From NCBI GenBank assembly GCA_964016885.1, contig OZ024741.1, forward strand, positions 111,910,001-111,974,000: 64,000 nt of DNA, in the 5' to 3' direction. Below the pieces are notes generated by a model. It ran no database searches, was not told the DNA's origin, and saw only the letters and a list, made by a program, of their open reading frames with translations. Below are positions 51,463 to 64,000 of the stretch, piece after piece; position 1 is the stretch's first letter; the number at the start of each line of letters is the position of its first letter. This DNA comes from Eledone cirrhosa. Its lineage: Eukaryota. The position numbers were made by a program, and so were the translations under genes.

Positions 51463-53788
51463 TAACAGGAGGCTGGACTGGTGTAAATCCTTGAAAGGTT
51501 TATTATACTATGATCATTTCAATGACCGGGTTCCATATGAATCAGGTGATATCATCAAGTATTCGAAATATAACAAAGGAATATGTAAAAAACCATGGGT
51601 CCGAAAAATCAGAGACAGAGAGGATGACTGACCAACTAGCTGCTTTCACCTCGGCCAGTCGCCTTCAAAGTGATGGCAACTCAGTCTACTAATTTACCAT
51701 CTGGTGAGGGGGCGAAGGCTTATAATGCACTACCACCTCTCCGTCAAAGAATAAAGAAGGGGAAGAAAGAAAGAAGAAAAAAGAAAGAAGTCGGCGTAAG
51801 GGTCACACTACAGTCATGCTAGAAAACGCCGCGAAAAATGCTACTCCAAAGAATCTATATTTAACAAAGGCATATATAATGGGTGTCTGTATGGTCTAAT
51901 GTGCGAACAGAAAATTGGAACGTTAAACTTATGTTACGAGTTATAGGATGAAATTAAATTAAAAAATAATAAATTGAAAAATAAATAAAAATAAATAAAT
52001 AAATTATTAGAAAATTAAAGGTTAAGGTAGCGAGATTTATTTAATGAACTTACAGAGAGGGTCTTATATGAAAAAGTTAATCTCGATAAGATATCAAGGT
52101 GGCATATAGAGTAAAGATTAAAGCCTTCGATTGTGAATCCCAGCCAGCACCTCCTAACCACGTGTCAGCCAGTTTCAAGTGGTATCGTCCAGCGAAAGAA
52201 ATGGAAATTAATTTTTCCGAGTACTCTAGGAACGTAGCTACCTTAGGCCCCGGGTGCGCTGCGGGAAGTCTACAATTTCGACAGACCATCGTCTATACCA
52301 AACGAATACTATTAATTCACACATGAGGGGTTTATTTACGTGCCAGTAGAGACATGATACAGCTAACAGTTATGCCTAAGCCTGGAGTTTATAGGTATAC
52401 GTATAATATGGCGGTCAAAACAGACGGCGCGGCGGGCTCGGGGCAAAGCAAGCTGCTCCGAGTAATTTCGTTTACCGAAAGAGGGGAAATTTATTTTTCC
52501 AAGCACTCAAGGAAGGCTGAACTTTCCGAGCGCCCGGCGCGCAGCTGGAAAAAGCCACCACATAAGTCGAAGGTAGCAAAATCAATGAAAAGTGCAAATA
52601 GACTATAATTATTTTAAAGTCCCAGTTAGTCCGTGTTATAAGTAGTGTGGTTCTTTGGTGGGTAGGGGGCTATGAATGGTGCATAATGACCTGAGTAAGG
52701 AAATTTACAAATAAATAAAAGCAGGATACGAAGATAAAATACAAAGATAAAGAATACATTGATAAAAATACATTAATAAACTAATAAAAGTAAAAAGTAA
52801 AATACATAAATAAAACGCCTTCATAGCTAGGGTAGTGATGTAGTAAGACGGAAGTATATAAGAACATATCGGAGGAATCAGAGCAAAGGGGAAATACAAT
52901 ATAGATCAAGTTGTAGTAAGATAATACAGATTGTACATATAGATATAGAGAATGGACGAGATGGAATGGTAACAGGTGGTACCTAGTGTAAAGTTCGGGT
53001 CTCCGAATTCAGTGTGAGTCACAAAAAAGTCCTGAGGTATAGAGTAGAGAATTCAGTCAATACAATACATGTTTTAGTATAATACGTAGAATTTTGTCGG
53101 AATCTGAATATTCCCGACAAGGAAACAGCATCGAGTGGGCGGTAGATAAAGCACAGAGCAGCCAAAATCCGAATGGTAAGTAGATCAGTTAATCCCATGC
53201 TGGCGGTAGCTGAACACTGAAGTCAGTACCGCTGTTCAATATTACATCTGGAAGTGCTCAACATTATTGGAGCATTATTTCTTTAGGTTTATTGGTTCAC
53301 TACTGGATAGAATTGATCATTCCGTATGGTCAATCTTGGTGTAATATTGTGAAGAGTACTCAACGTAGTGCAGTTCACCCGTCTTCGTTTGTGTAGTTGG
53401 TGGTGCGAATACGGAGTTAATTATAAATAAAATAACAGGAGGCTGGACTGGTGTAAATCCTTGAAAGGTTTGTTATACTATGATCATTTCAATGACCGTG
53501 TTCCATATGAATCCGGTGATATCATCAGGTATTCGAAATATAACAAAGGAATATGTAAAAAAACATGGGTCCGAAAAATCAGAGACAGAGAGGACGACTG
53601 ACCAACCAGTTGCTTTCACCTCGGCCAGTCGCCCTCAAAGTGATGGCAACTCAGTCTTCTAATGACCATCTGGTGAGGGGGCGAAGGCTTATAATGCACT
53701 ACCACCTCTCCGTCAAAGAATAAAAAAGGGGAAGAAAGAAAGAAAGGAAGAAAGAAGAAAAAAGAAAGAAGTCAGCGTAAGGGTCACA

Positions 53789-53791
<3 letters not shown>
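51455..53791 (-). mobile_element. ORF-less element with ~355-bp direct terminal repeats (51455-51809 / 53424-53789) and a 1.6-kb internal region
   Basis: The two repeats are highly similar and (TA)n lies on both flanks; each has a degenerate HHR-like core on the minus strand. Confidence 0.7.
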
Positions 53792-53852
<61 letters not shown>

Positions 53853-53860
<8 letters not shown>

Positions 53861-54427
53861 TAAAATAACAGATTAAAGTTTAAGCAAAGAATCGCTGCTT
53901 TCACCCTTAACGGTATCTTCTGAAACTAACAAAGTCTGTAAACGCAGAAGTGGATATTTAAAAAAACGTTGCAACCGGAGGAAGACAGGAAGACGGTACT
54001 TTGGTTCGTGGAAACGTTCCCTGGCAAAGAACGGGAAAAAACGAATATAATACATCATTAATAGGAGCGGTGAAATTAGAAGTTTGGCCCCTCTTGCACT
54101 GTGGAACAATTCTTTCGCGGTGATTGATTGATTCAACGGCATATGGAACAAGGAACATTGCCGTGTTATCCAATTCGACATCAACAATTACTACTCCTCC
54201 ATCACTTTACCACTATTAATGATGTATTATATTCGTTTTTTCCCGTTCTTTGCCAGGGAACGTTTCTACGAACCAAAGTATCGTCTTCCTGTCTTCCTCC
54301 GGTTGCAACGTTTTTTGAAATATCCACTTCTGCGTTTACAGATTGACTTTGTTAGTTTCAGAAGATCCCGTTAAGGGTGAAAGCAGCGATTCTTTGCTTA
54401 AACTTTAATCTGTTATTTTAATAAATA
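53853..54427. repeat. Inverted repeat with ~210-bp arms, homologous to the interior of the 38181-38967 Helitron
   Basis: GCCAGGGAACGT..GAACCAAAGTATCGTCTTCCTG and GATCCCGTTAAGGGTGAAAGCAGCGATTCTTTGC are shared. Confidence 0.85.
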
Positions 54428-54532
54428 TTTGCTCTACGGTTCTTATATATTTGATATATATTTATCCTTATCGAGCCCTCTTTGGATTTTAGTCTTCAAA
54501 TTTATTATTATTACTATATATATATATATATA

Positions 54533-55177
54533 TAGAAGTGGTTACACAACAGTTAGTTCACCATACCGAGAACAATTGTTTCACCTTCGCGGATCTTCAG
54601 CTCGGGATGTGTATGGTTATAGGAACAGGAAGGACAACCGTACAAACGCGCATGCGCAAAAACTCGGTCACTTGACACAGGAAATACTAGACTGTGTGCG
54701 GGAGGTGTAAGGGAGATAACTGCGAAAGTCAGGAAAGTTTTTAGGTTGAAAATAAAATAAAAAAATTTAAAAATAAAATTACAAAGAATCAGTCCGGAGC
54801 CTTGTAGTTATGCAATAGATGTTTGGTGACGTGTGGACAACGTGTGAAAAATTCACTCCTCGAGTTTAGGCAATCACTATTGCGTAATCTCTTTAGGATA
54901 GTTATTCGTTCGTCAATACATAAGCCACACGTCGGATTTCCCCTTGCGTATGGCTTGGACTTAGTGATGGCTTTCCATTGAATGGAGTAGCCTATACTTG
55001 AGTACTTGAGGAACCATACGTGACTCGCGAGTTTCGTAGATGAACGTCTGTCCGGGTATCTGAAGGTAGACTGGTGGTTCAGGAAACGCTCCTTGAATCG
55101 GCCCTCCGCCATGCCCACATAGGATTTGACCTCCTGTGGTTCGTTTGGTCGGTTTGAAGTGACCACAGCTTCATAGA
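54533..55177 (-). mobile_element. PLE 3' fragment: GIY-YIG domain, 3'UTR and HHR
   Basis: ORF 54789..55166: SYVGMAEGRFKERFLNH...TKLASHVWFLK...CGLCIDE...LNSRSEFFTRCPH. Confidence 0.85.
54566..54605 (-). ncRNA. Minimal type I HHR (family H7)
   Basis: Reverse complement: CCGAG-CTGAAGA-tCCgcgaaGGt-GAAA-C(AATT)G-TT-CTCGG. Confidence 0.7.
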
Positions 55178-55305
55178 TTACAGCTGGTGTGTTGCATTGC
55201 TGTTGAAGGGGGCAAGCTTCAGGCTTACGGCAAGAGCACCCTGGTGGAGTTTTGCTGGACTGAGTGGTCTACCACTACGGATATTACCTTCCAGTGTTCC
55301 ACCAC

Positions 55306-55429
<124 letters not shown>

Positions 55430-56287
55430 GTATAAATAACAACAAATAGATAGATAGATAGTTAGATATCTGTTCTCCCCGTAGTATCTGAACTTTCCTG
55501 AAGAACTCTGTCCGAAATGTTGAAACTTCCTCCAGTTCCACCAAGCGTGCACGTAATATAATTGTATAAATTGCCTCCTGTGATTCGTTTGTTTAATTTA
55601 ATAACCATACACACACATACACAAACATATATATATATATATAAATATAAGAACATCCTCGCTAGCCAACAGAGGCTTTAAAGATATGATTTTCTACTCC
55701 CTTGACCAACATACTAGAATTAGAAATATGAGAAATAGAGATTGAAAATGTTAATGTTTACATCTCCGTCTCCTTAAACACTTAGAACAACAAAGAAAAG
55801 ACATTCTTAGCTCTCATAGACAAACATCCATCCTGGTCACAAATACAGACAGCATTTTAAAAGATATACAATTAAAATTGGTTATTTCTGTCAGGAATCT
55901 AAAATCCTACACCATCAACAAAACCATGAGCTCCCCACGCAAGGCTTCTCATGCAGAGAGCCAGAAGCGTACCGCCTAGACCTAGCTTGCAATATGCCCA
56001 CTGTGATATAAGAGTCGAATGTCAACGCTATCCAACCAATCCAACTACAGACAGAAGGTCAGACACTACGTGGTGATGTTGGAAAGCTGATTTGAAAACT
56101 GCTTCCTAAACAATGAGACCACCTTCAGATATCCGGAAAAAAGAGCAAACGCTAAACTTGCAAGCCATGTGTGGCCACTTAAAGACGCTGGCACTAATTT
56201 CTCCCTTAAAGGGAAAATATTTGACAAATACTGACCCCATACAAAACGTTCATCGTTATGCCAATTGTTTATACACACATACACACG

Positions 56288-56440
<153 letters not shown>

Positions 56441-56532
56441 AAGTAAGCGGGAAAGAGAGAGCGAGGGAAAGATAGAGATACACAGATAAATTGACAGACA
56501 CATATATAGATAAATAGATAGATAGATAGATA

Positions 56533-57419
56533 TATTTCTTTATTAGCCACAAGGGCGCACAAGAAAACGGGACAAAACAAAGACACATGCAGGGGATTTT
56601 ACATACAATCGTGTAAAAATATTGAAACAAACAAATTTAACAATCGAAATCCCCAATAACAGGGTGGCGCCACAAATGGGTTGTTTAATACCCCATCGAT
56701 AGAAAATCTTCAACTTCAACAGCGTGTTGTGCAAGTGCTGCTTTTCTCCTTTTGCTTTCTTCTTCAATCTACAGAGAAGGCCCAATCACTCGGGCCATTT
56801 TTGCCACATTCACCCACCTTTCAGTAAATTTACTGGGGTGAAGTGCCTCTCTCTCCACTATGATTCTCCTTCTAAAGTGGTACCTAAAGAAGGGAATGAG
56901 TTGTTGTCCGGATATAAAGGCATCTGTCCTCAGTCAAACGCCCATCTTCCTCGGTTTCCGCTTCACCCAGGACTGCAACTCCGTCAGCGAGACAAATTGC
57001 GGGAAGGCCTGTCTCACAAACGGTGCCCACACAATACCTGTAGATGCCGTAGCCTCAGCGCATGATTGCGCATCATCAGCCACGGCATTCCCAGCCCTCC
57101 GTTGGAAGGGTGCTGACAGCAGACGGAACTCCTCACCAGTGGAGCCTGCTTCTTCCAAAGGAAATGGAAGAGCATGCGTTCCATCTTGGTCAGGTGTTCA
57201 CGGGGACAAGGCACGACGGTCAAGCGGTAGTAGATGACAGACGCTATGAAAGTGTTCGCCACCTCCTCTCGACCTTTTAAGGATAGTTTGCACTCTGCCC
57301 ACTTCTGGGTGAGCGCAAATACCTTGGCTATGACCTCGTTCCAGTTTTTCTCCACCTGGAGGTCCGGACCGAACCAGACCCCGAGCAATTTCACCGCTCA
57401 GTCCGTCCAGCGTCCGACG
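56533..57419 (-). mobile_element. L1/Tx1-clade LINE 3' fragment with internal deletions and (TATC)n tail
   Basis: KLLGVWFGP...LSLKGREEVANTFIASVIYYRLTVVPCP...GGLGMP; duplicates the adjacent copy. Confidence 0.8.
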
Positions 57420-57444
57420 AGTAAGATAGATAGATAGATAGATT

Positions 57445-59742
57445 GATATATTTCTTTATTAGCCACAAGGGCGCACAAGAAAAGGGGACAAAACAAAGAC
57501 ATGCCGGGGATTTTACATACAATCGTGTAAAAAAAATATAAAACAAACAATTATAACAATCGAAATCTCCAATAGAGGGAGGGAGGCGGGGGGGGGGGGG
57601 GGGGGGCACAAATGGGTTGTTTAATACCCCGTCGATAGAACAACTCTTAACTTCAGGAGCGTGTTATGCAAGTGCTCTCTTCTTCCTTTTGCTCTCTTCT
57701 TCAACCTACAGGTTTATATCCAGAGAAGGCCCAATCACTCGGGCCATTTTTGCCACATTCACCCACCTTTCAGTAAACTTACTGGGGTGCAGTGCGTTTC
57801 TCGCCACTCTGATTCTCCTTCTAAAGTGATACTTAAAGAAGGGAATCAATTGTTGTCCGGAGAGAAAGGCATCTGTCCTCAGACCTCTCAATCTCGTCCA
57901 CCATATAACCTCTTTCACCATAGCCACTGTACAGAGGAAAACCGCTTCTCTTTCGTTTTTGAAAGAGGCTGGCGGTTTGATCCTTACTATGGACTCGGCA
58001 GTCAACTGGATTTGTATCATACGCGACAGCAGTTGTTCCGCGTATTTCCACAGGTCGCTTACGCCCGGGCAGTGTACAATTGCGTGCAGGACGGTTTCAA
58101 TGTCCTGCGCGCATCTTGGACACGTCCTCTTGGAATGATCCCTGTCGGGGCGTCCGAGCCTGTGGATCTTGTCACGAACTGGTAGAGTTCCTCAGTATCA
58201 CTGCCAAGCTAGGGACCTCTGGAAGTTGTTCATAGGTCCCTGGCGGAAAGTCCTACAAAACAGACTGGTGAACTCATCGTCTTCGACGCCTAGAGTCTCT
58301 CCGAGCACGTCGTCACCCTAGTGACGTATTGACCCTTTATAGAATGTCGAAGTGGAGTCTCCACTGATTGCTGTGCCCGCTTGACAGAGGACTGTGAGCG
58401 CCTGAGCGCATTCAATGTGCCAGGCGCCCATCTTCTTCGGTCATCGCTTGACCCAGGACTGCAGCTCCGTCAGCGAGACAAGTTGCGGGAAGGCCTGTCT
58501 CACAAACGATGCCCACACCGGTTGGGGGGTCGGTGAGGAATAGCTGTAAATGCTGTAGCCTCAGCGCATGCTTGCGCATCATCAGCCACGGCATTCCCAG
58601 CCCTCCGTTGGAAGGGTGCTGACAGCAGACGGAACTCCTCACCAGTGGAGCCTGCTTCTTCGAAAGGAACTGGAAGAACATGCGTTTCTTCTTGGTCAGG
58701 TGTTCACGGGGACAAGGCACGACGGTCAAGCGGTAGTAGATGACGGACGCTATGAAAGTGTTCGCCACCTCTGCTCGACCTTTCAAGGATAGTTTGCACT
58801 CTGCCCACTTCTGGGTGAGCGTAAATACCTTGGCCGTGACATCGTTCCAGTTTTTCTCCACCTGGAGGTCCGGACCGAACCAGAGCCCGAGCAATTTCAC
58901 CGGCCCGTCCGTCCAGCGTCCGACGACGCTGTCGGATGTCATCGGTTTGCTTCTCCACGTACCGAGTTGCAAACCGACAGAGTTGTCCGGGTTCATTTTT
59001 GCTCCTGTGAACCTTTCGTATTCCTGCAGTAAGTTGTCGATCGCACCAATTTCGGAGGCTTCCGACACCATTAACGTCACGTCGTCGGCATAAGCCAACG
59101 CCGCTTTCCGCAGTCCCGGTTCCAACGGAATGCCCTGCAGCAGCTCCAGCTTCCGCAGTAGTGGCTCTAGAGTCAGTACGTACAGAATGGATGAGAGAGA
59201 GCATCCCTGGCGGATGGAAGGCGTGATTGCGAACGGCTCCGATAGGTAGCCGTTCACCTTGACCATCGAGCAGATATTGGTGTCGATTGCGCCGATCCAG
59301 CATCTGAAGACGGGCCCGAAACCGACCGCATTGTGAACCGCTTCCTAGTATCGATGGTCGACCCTATCGAACGCCTTAGACTGATCTAAATTGATCAGAG
59401 CCCCACCAAAGCCGGGTTTACACCCACCCTCTCTATGATGTATCGCATGAGGTAGAGGTTGTCATGTATGGACCTGGTCGGGATTGCACACGTTTGCGCT
59501 TTCCCTACCGCGTTCTCGACGACAAGCGCCAACCTCGTTGCCAACACCTTGGCCAAAATCTTTAACTCTGTCTTCAGCAGAGTTATGGGCCTAAAGTTGT
59601 TTAGTTCGTCCCCCTTGTTCTCGTCTTTCCTGATCAGTGTTACTACGCCCCTGCCTGCAGAACTGGGAATTCTCCCGTTCTGCTGTCAGTTGCAGTAGAC
59701 GGCCTCGAGGACGCCAGAGAACAAGTCTAGCATGCCTATGTA
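57445..59742 (-). mobile_element. 5'-truncated L1/Tx1-clade LINE ORF2 (RT and C-terminal Zn-binding region), frameshifted
   Basis: NFRPITLLKTELKILAKVLATRL; LINLDQSKAFDRVDH; IRQGCSLS; LAYADDVT; LSLKGRAEVAN; CPRCAQDIETVLHAIVHC. Confidence 0.9.
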
Positions 59743-59744
59743 AA

Positions 59745-62284
59745 GAGAGTTATTATGCTTCAATTACCTTACCGCTCCTTACGGCCGCCTTGGACATTGC
59801 CGAAACACTCAAGCCCATCACCGACCAGGAAAGAAATATCATCTTCCACGCCAGGAAGACAGTCCTACTTTTCGACAACTCCAAATGGATAAAGAGAGCT
59901 CCTGACTCCCCATTCGACGTCAGTATGGGCGCGACCGACTCGGCTGAGGTCACAGGATCTTATAAGATTATTCCTACTATTTAAACTCACCTAAATGTTT
60001 CCTGCATTCGGCGGTGGATTGTACCGTGATGATGGGCTCCTTACCCTCAAAGGGTACAACCCCAGTAGTACAGACCGGGTCCGTAAACAATTAATCAGCT
60101 TCTTCCGCGACTGGGGATTTAAAATAACTCTACAAACGTCCCTAATCCGAGTAAACTCCCTGGACGTCACCCTTAACCTCGATAATGATCTGTACTACCC
60201 ATACAGGAAACCAAACGACAACCTACATCACATCCACCGCCGGTCGAACCATCCTAGAAACATCACCAATAACCTGGTTAAAAACATCTTCCTCCGCATA
60301 TCTCGTTTGTCCGCTAATGAGCAGATATTCGACGAACATTCGCCTTATTACAACCAGGCCCTCAAGCGGAGTGGCTTCCGGGAGGAAATATCCTATTATC
60401 CAGCTTCCATTAGCGGAACCAGCAGGCGACACTTCCGCTCACGCAACGTAACGTGGTTCAATCCTCCCCACAATGCCGAGGTGACAACACCTATCGGGAA
60501 AATCTTCTTTAGGCTCATCGAAAAACACTTCCCACTACAACACCGCTACCACAACATAATCAACAAAAACACCATCAAACTCTCCTACAGCACCACACCT
60601 AACTTTGCACAAAACATCGTCTCCTCTAACAACAAAAAACTCAACCCCTATGGAAGAAATAACCTAGACAGCAGTGGAGAGCTGACCAGGAGGTCTAACT
60701 GTCCTGATAGATCCCTTTTCCCCGTCAACAACAGATGCCGAGATCGTAATGTGATCTACCAGTGCAACGTTAGGACGGACACCTCCAACAAAGCTTATAT
60801 AGGATTAACCGCTTGTGACTTCAAGACCCGGCTCTACCTACACAGACATACTTTCCGAAACCCGGCCCGGCGTCATACCACTACACTCTCGAGCCACATC
60901 TGGGACCTCAAAGATAATGATATAACCTACAATCTCACTTGGAGCTTACTGCCCAGAGCTAACTCTTACACGGGAGGGCGCCGTCCGTGTAACTTATGCT
61001 CAGAGGAAACATTACAAATGCTGTTTTCGAAGGACCAACTCCTAAACAAGAAAGACGAACTGGTAACTGCATGCAAACACAGATTGCGTAGGACCTACCT
61101 CGCCCTCAACCCCCATAATGACCCGGGGGGTAGACAAGGGCTGAAACACCACACTTGCCGATTTTGTAAGGGGTAACCCCTGCTTTCAAAGGTAGAGGTA
61201 ACTTTTTAATATTTTTTTTATCTTTTCCTCTATATTTCCTTCTTCCCCCCCCCCCCCCCCATCTCTTCCTAGTCCTTCCACCCCAGATCTCTTTCCTGTC
61301 TTTTTTTTTTTTCACCTTTTAGCCCACCCCGATGCAGCACATCGGTCCTCTGTATCCTCAGTACCCCACTCCCCTAATTTTAAGATAGAATTGGCCGATT
61401 ACGCCTTTTATAGCAGATGTGTTAGACCCCAGATAATTGCTTTCTTTCTGGTTGCTGCTCCATTTCCGTGATTTCTAAATTTCTTAGTGATATTTTTCCA
61501 TTAGTATTCTTGTATTAGTATTTATGTATTAGTATTCTGAATTAATATTTCGTATTAGTTTTTTAGTATGTTTGTCCTCAACTTATTAACCTGTCGTTGT
61601 AAGATAGCATTAGCTGATTACTACTAACTATAGTAGTGGTGTTAGACCCCCTGTAAAGATCGCTTTATAAAATTCTTTCACTACAATCTCATATTTAGTA
61701 TTTTTCTCCACCTATTAAACTTTTCTATATCTTAGCAATACCAGTGAGAGATTTGGTGATTGTGAGGATGGAGTAGTGGCCAGAAATTGTTTTTTATATA
61801 TTTATTTCCTCATTTTTATAATGGCTTTTTTGTTTACTCCCTTTCAATTTACCTATTCTTTCACCCCCCTCCCCTTCTCCAGTACACTTTTTTCGACATT
61901 CTATACACTATCCTTAGAATCTGCTGTATAGATTTCACTTTCAACGCTTGACTGGGTTTCCCCCACTCCCTCTTTGTTCTACCGGCAAGTTCAGCTACCC
62001 ATACCTCCCACTAAATGCCATGATAGAAGCATCTGTCTTTACAACAAACTTTTGACCAATCCTTTTGACAATTACTATCTTCCCATATATAGAATTACCC
62101 CCTGAGAAGTTCGGCTATTTATTTACGAGGCTAAAAATTCTTATTTAGTCCAGAATTAGCCGTCGAAACGGCTTGAGCTCTGCTGCCGGGGTCATACTTG
62201 TTCCTATTACCCACTCTACTACCCTAAGTATTGAGTACTTTGGTGCGTTATGGTCCATCTGGTTCCTTACCACATTTCCTTCGT

Positions 62285-62286
<2 letters not shown>
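59745..62286 (+). mobile_element. 5'-truncated PLE (YRDD lineage) with GIY-YIG and a long 3'UTR
   Basis: ESYYASIT..FDVSMGATDSAEVT; ORF 59995..61176 GGLYRDDGL, SNHP, WFNPP, AYIGLTACDFKTRLYLH, CNLCSEE; degenerate HHR at 62097-62192. Confidence 0.9.
62097..62192 (+). ncRNA. Degenerate type I HHR in a PLE 3' end (family H8)
   Basis: ACCCC-CTGAGAA-g..CGGCTA...TAGCCG..GAAA-CGGC...GCTG-CC-GGGGT; the 24.4-kb copy keeps GAAA-CGGCT..AGCCG-TC-GGGGT. Confidence 0.55.
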
Positions 62287-62356
<70 letters not shown>

Positions 62357-63029
62357 TGTATGTACATACACACACACACACACATATATATGTGTGTGTG
62401 TGTTTGTATGCATATATGTAATTATATGCATAGCAGTAACACTAACAGTGGGAGTTCGGCTGTTCTTTCATGTTTACTTAGGTTGCTATTTTCTACTAAC
62501 ATATTAGAGCAGTGTTGATGAAGACATACACGATATCTTTATATATAATAACCATACATGAGTCTCGCTATAAATGTTTTAAGTTGGTATCGTATCACAG
62601 CTATCTATGTAGCCGTGTGAGAACACCAGCGACATGTTTCTTATTTTTATTCGTTTCGGTAACATTTATTCCCTCGAAACTGAGATAAGAATAACCTATA
62701 ACTTACGTATATTTTTGTGCATGAAACATCTGCTGAAGATGATCATTTGAATATAGTGCGTGCTTGACAGGCGAGGATTAATTAGCAGTAACAGTAATAT
62801 AGTGTGATTTATAACAGAGGTGTATATAGATGCATAAATATACGATATATCTTTAGGTAGTTGTTTCTGCTTTTGGCACAAGGCCAGCAATGGCCAGCAA
62901 TTTGAAGGAGATTATACACACTAACACACACATACACACACACATATATATATATATATGAATTTATATATGTATTTAAATATATATGTATTTAAATATG
63001 TATGCATTTAAATGCACACACATATATAT

Positions 63030-63080
<51 letters not shown>

Positions 63081-63127
63081 TATATATTCATATATATACA
63101 TATATATATATAATTGTATACATATCT

Positions 63128-63236
<109 letters not shown>

Positions 63237-63842
63237 TATCTGTATGTGTGCGTATGTGTGTGTGCATTTGTGCGTGCGTGTATATTTTGATGAAGTCAGA
63301 TACTACATCAATCACTATTTGGAAAAAAAGTAACACACATTCACAAACATTCTTTTCATAAACAATGTTTTCAACAAAAGATTTAGAAACTACTTCTGTT
63401 TATTATATTTCGTTCATTTGTCTTTTTACATTTTCACGTAAATTCATATAGCATTTCTAAAAGCCCAAAATAAAACTACCATATTTGGCTCTTTATCTAT
63501 GAAACTATAAATACTCAGGGGAATATGTTTTGAATACAATGGGGTTTCAGTAATGAATATCATTTAAGAAAATTTCAAAAAGCAGATAATTATTTTTGAC
63601 AGCATATGTATATTTATGTATATAAGGTAAAAGTATTATCATGCAATGTCGAGGTTTATGTTTTCATTATCAATATATGTTATTAGTGTTGTTGTTGTTG
63701 TTGCTGTTGTTGCTACTGTTGTTGTTAAGATTAAGACATTATTATTATCATTGCACACAATGAACATATGACTGATGATGATAAAGATGATGATGATGAT
63801 GATGATGATAATGCGTGTATCACGATAACAATAATGATGATG

Positions 63843-63916
<74 letters not shown>

Positions 63917-63919
<3 letters not shown>

Positions 63920-64000
63920 TGTTTCTACGTTAATCACAAGGCCAGCAATTACCCAGTGTATTACTGGTACTTTATTTTATCGACCCCGTAAGAATGAAAG
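63917..64000 (-). mobile_element. SINE 3' half with (TTA)n tail, cut by the window end
   Basis: CACAAGGCCAGCAATTACCCAGTGTATTACTGGTACTTTATTTTATCGACCCCGTAAG. Confidence 0.8.

Noticed and set aside
55494-55525. CTGAAGA-actctgtcc-GAAATGTT motif
   Set aside because: Helix II appears deleted; degenerate relic, not counted.

Overview
This is an AT-rich, microsatellite-saturated eukaryotic (animal) intergenic or intronic window. Its repeat types resemble those of coleoid cephalopods (Octopus-like), which is an inference. No intact host gene, rRNA, true tRNA or CRISPR array is supported. Penelope-like retroelements (PLEs) of two lineages dominate: a Neptune-like type (MGTRMGPNYANLF / RYIDD) and a second type (MGSxDSAxVxDLVG / YRDD, CNC-x4-CP linker, C-terminal GIY-YIG). 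All copies are frameshifted or truncated, and most abut (TA)n tracts. The window also holds L1/Tx1, RTE and R4/Dong-like LINE relics, about 14 copies of one tRNA-derived SINE, non-autonomous Helitrons, MITE-like foldbacks and a 200-N gap. The most interesting signal is non-coding. I can read at least eight unrelated families of type I hammerhead ribozyme (HHR) motifs, some minimal with a palindromic helix III and some with a very long helix II. They sit in PLE terminal repeats and in ORF-less units, many of which form asymmetric palindromes whose axis lies at or near ribozyme helix II. Two ORF-less units with direct repeats are candidate retrozyme-like non-autonomous elements. All coordinates were read by eye and may be off by a few bases; element ends are less certain.
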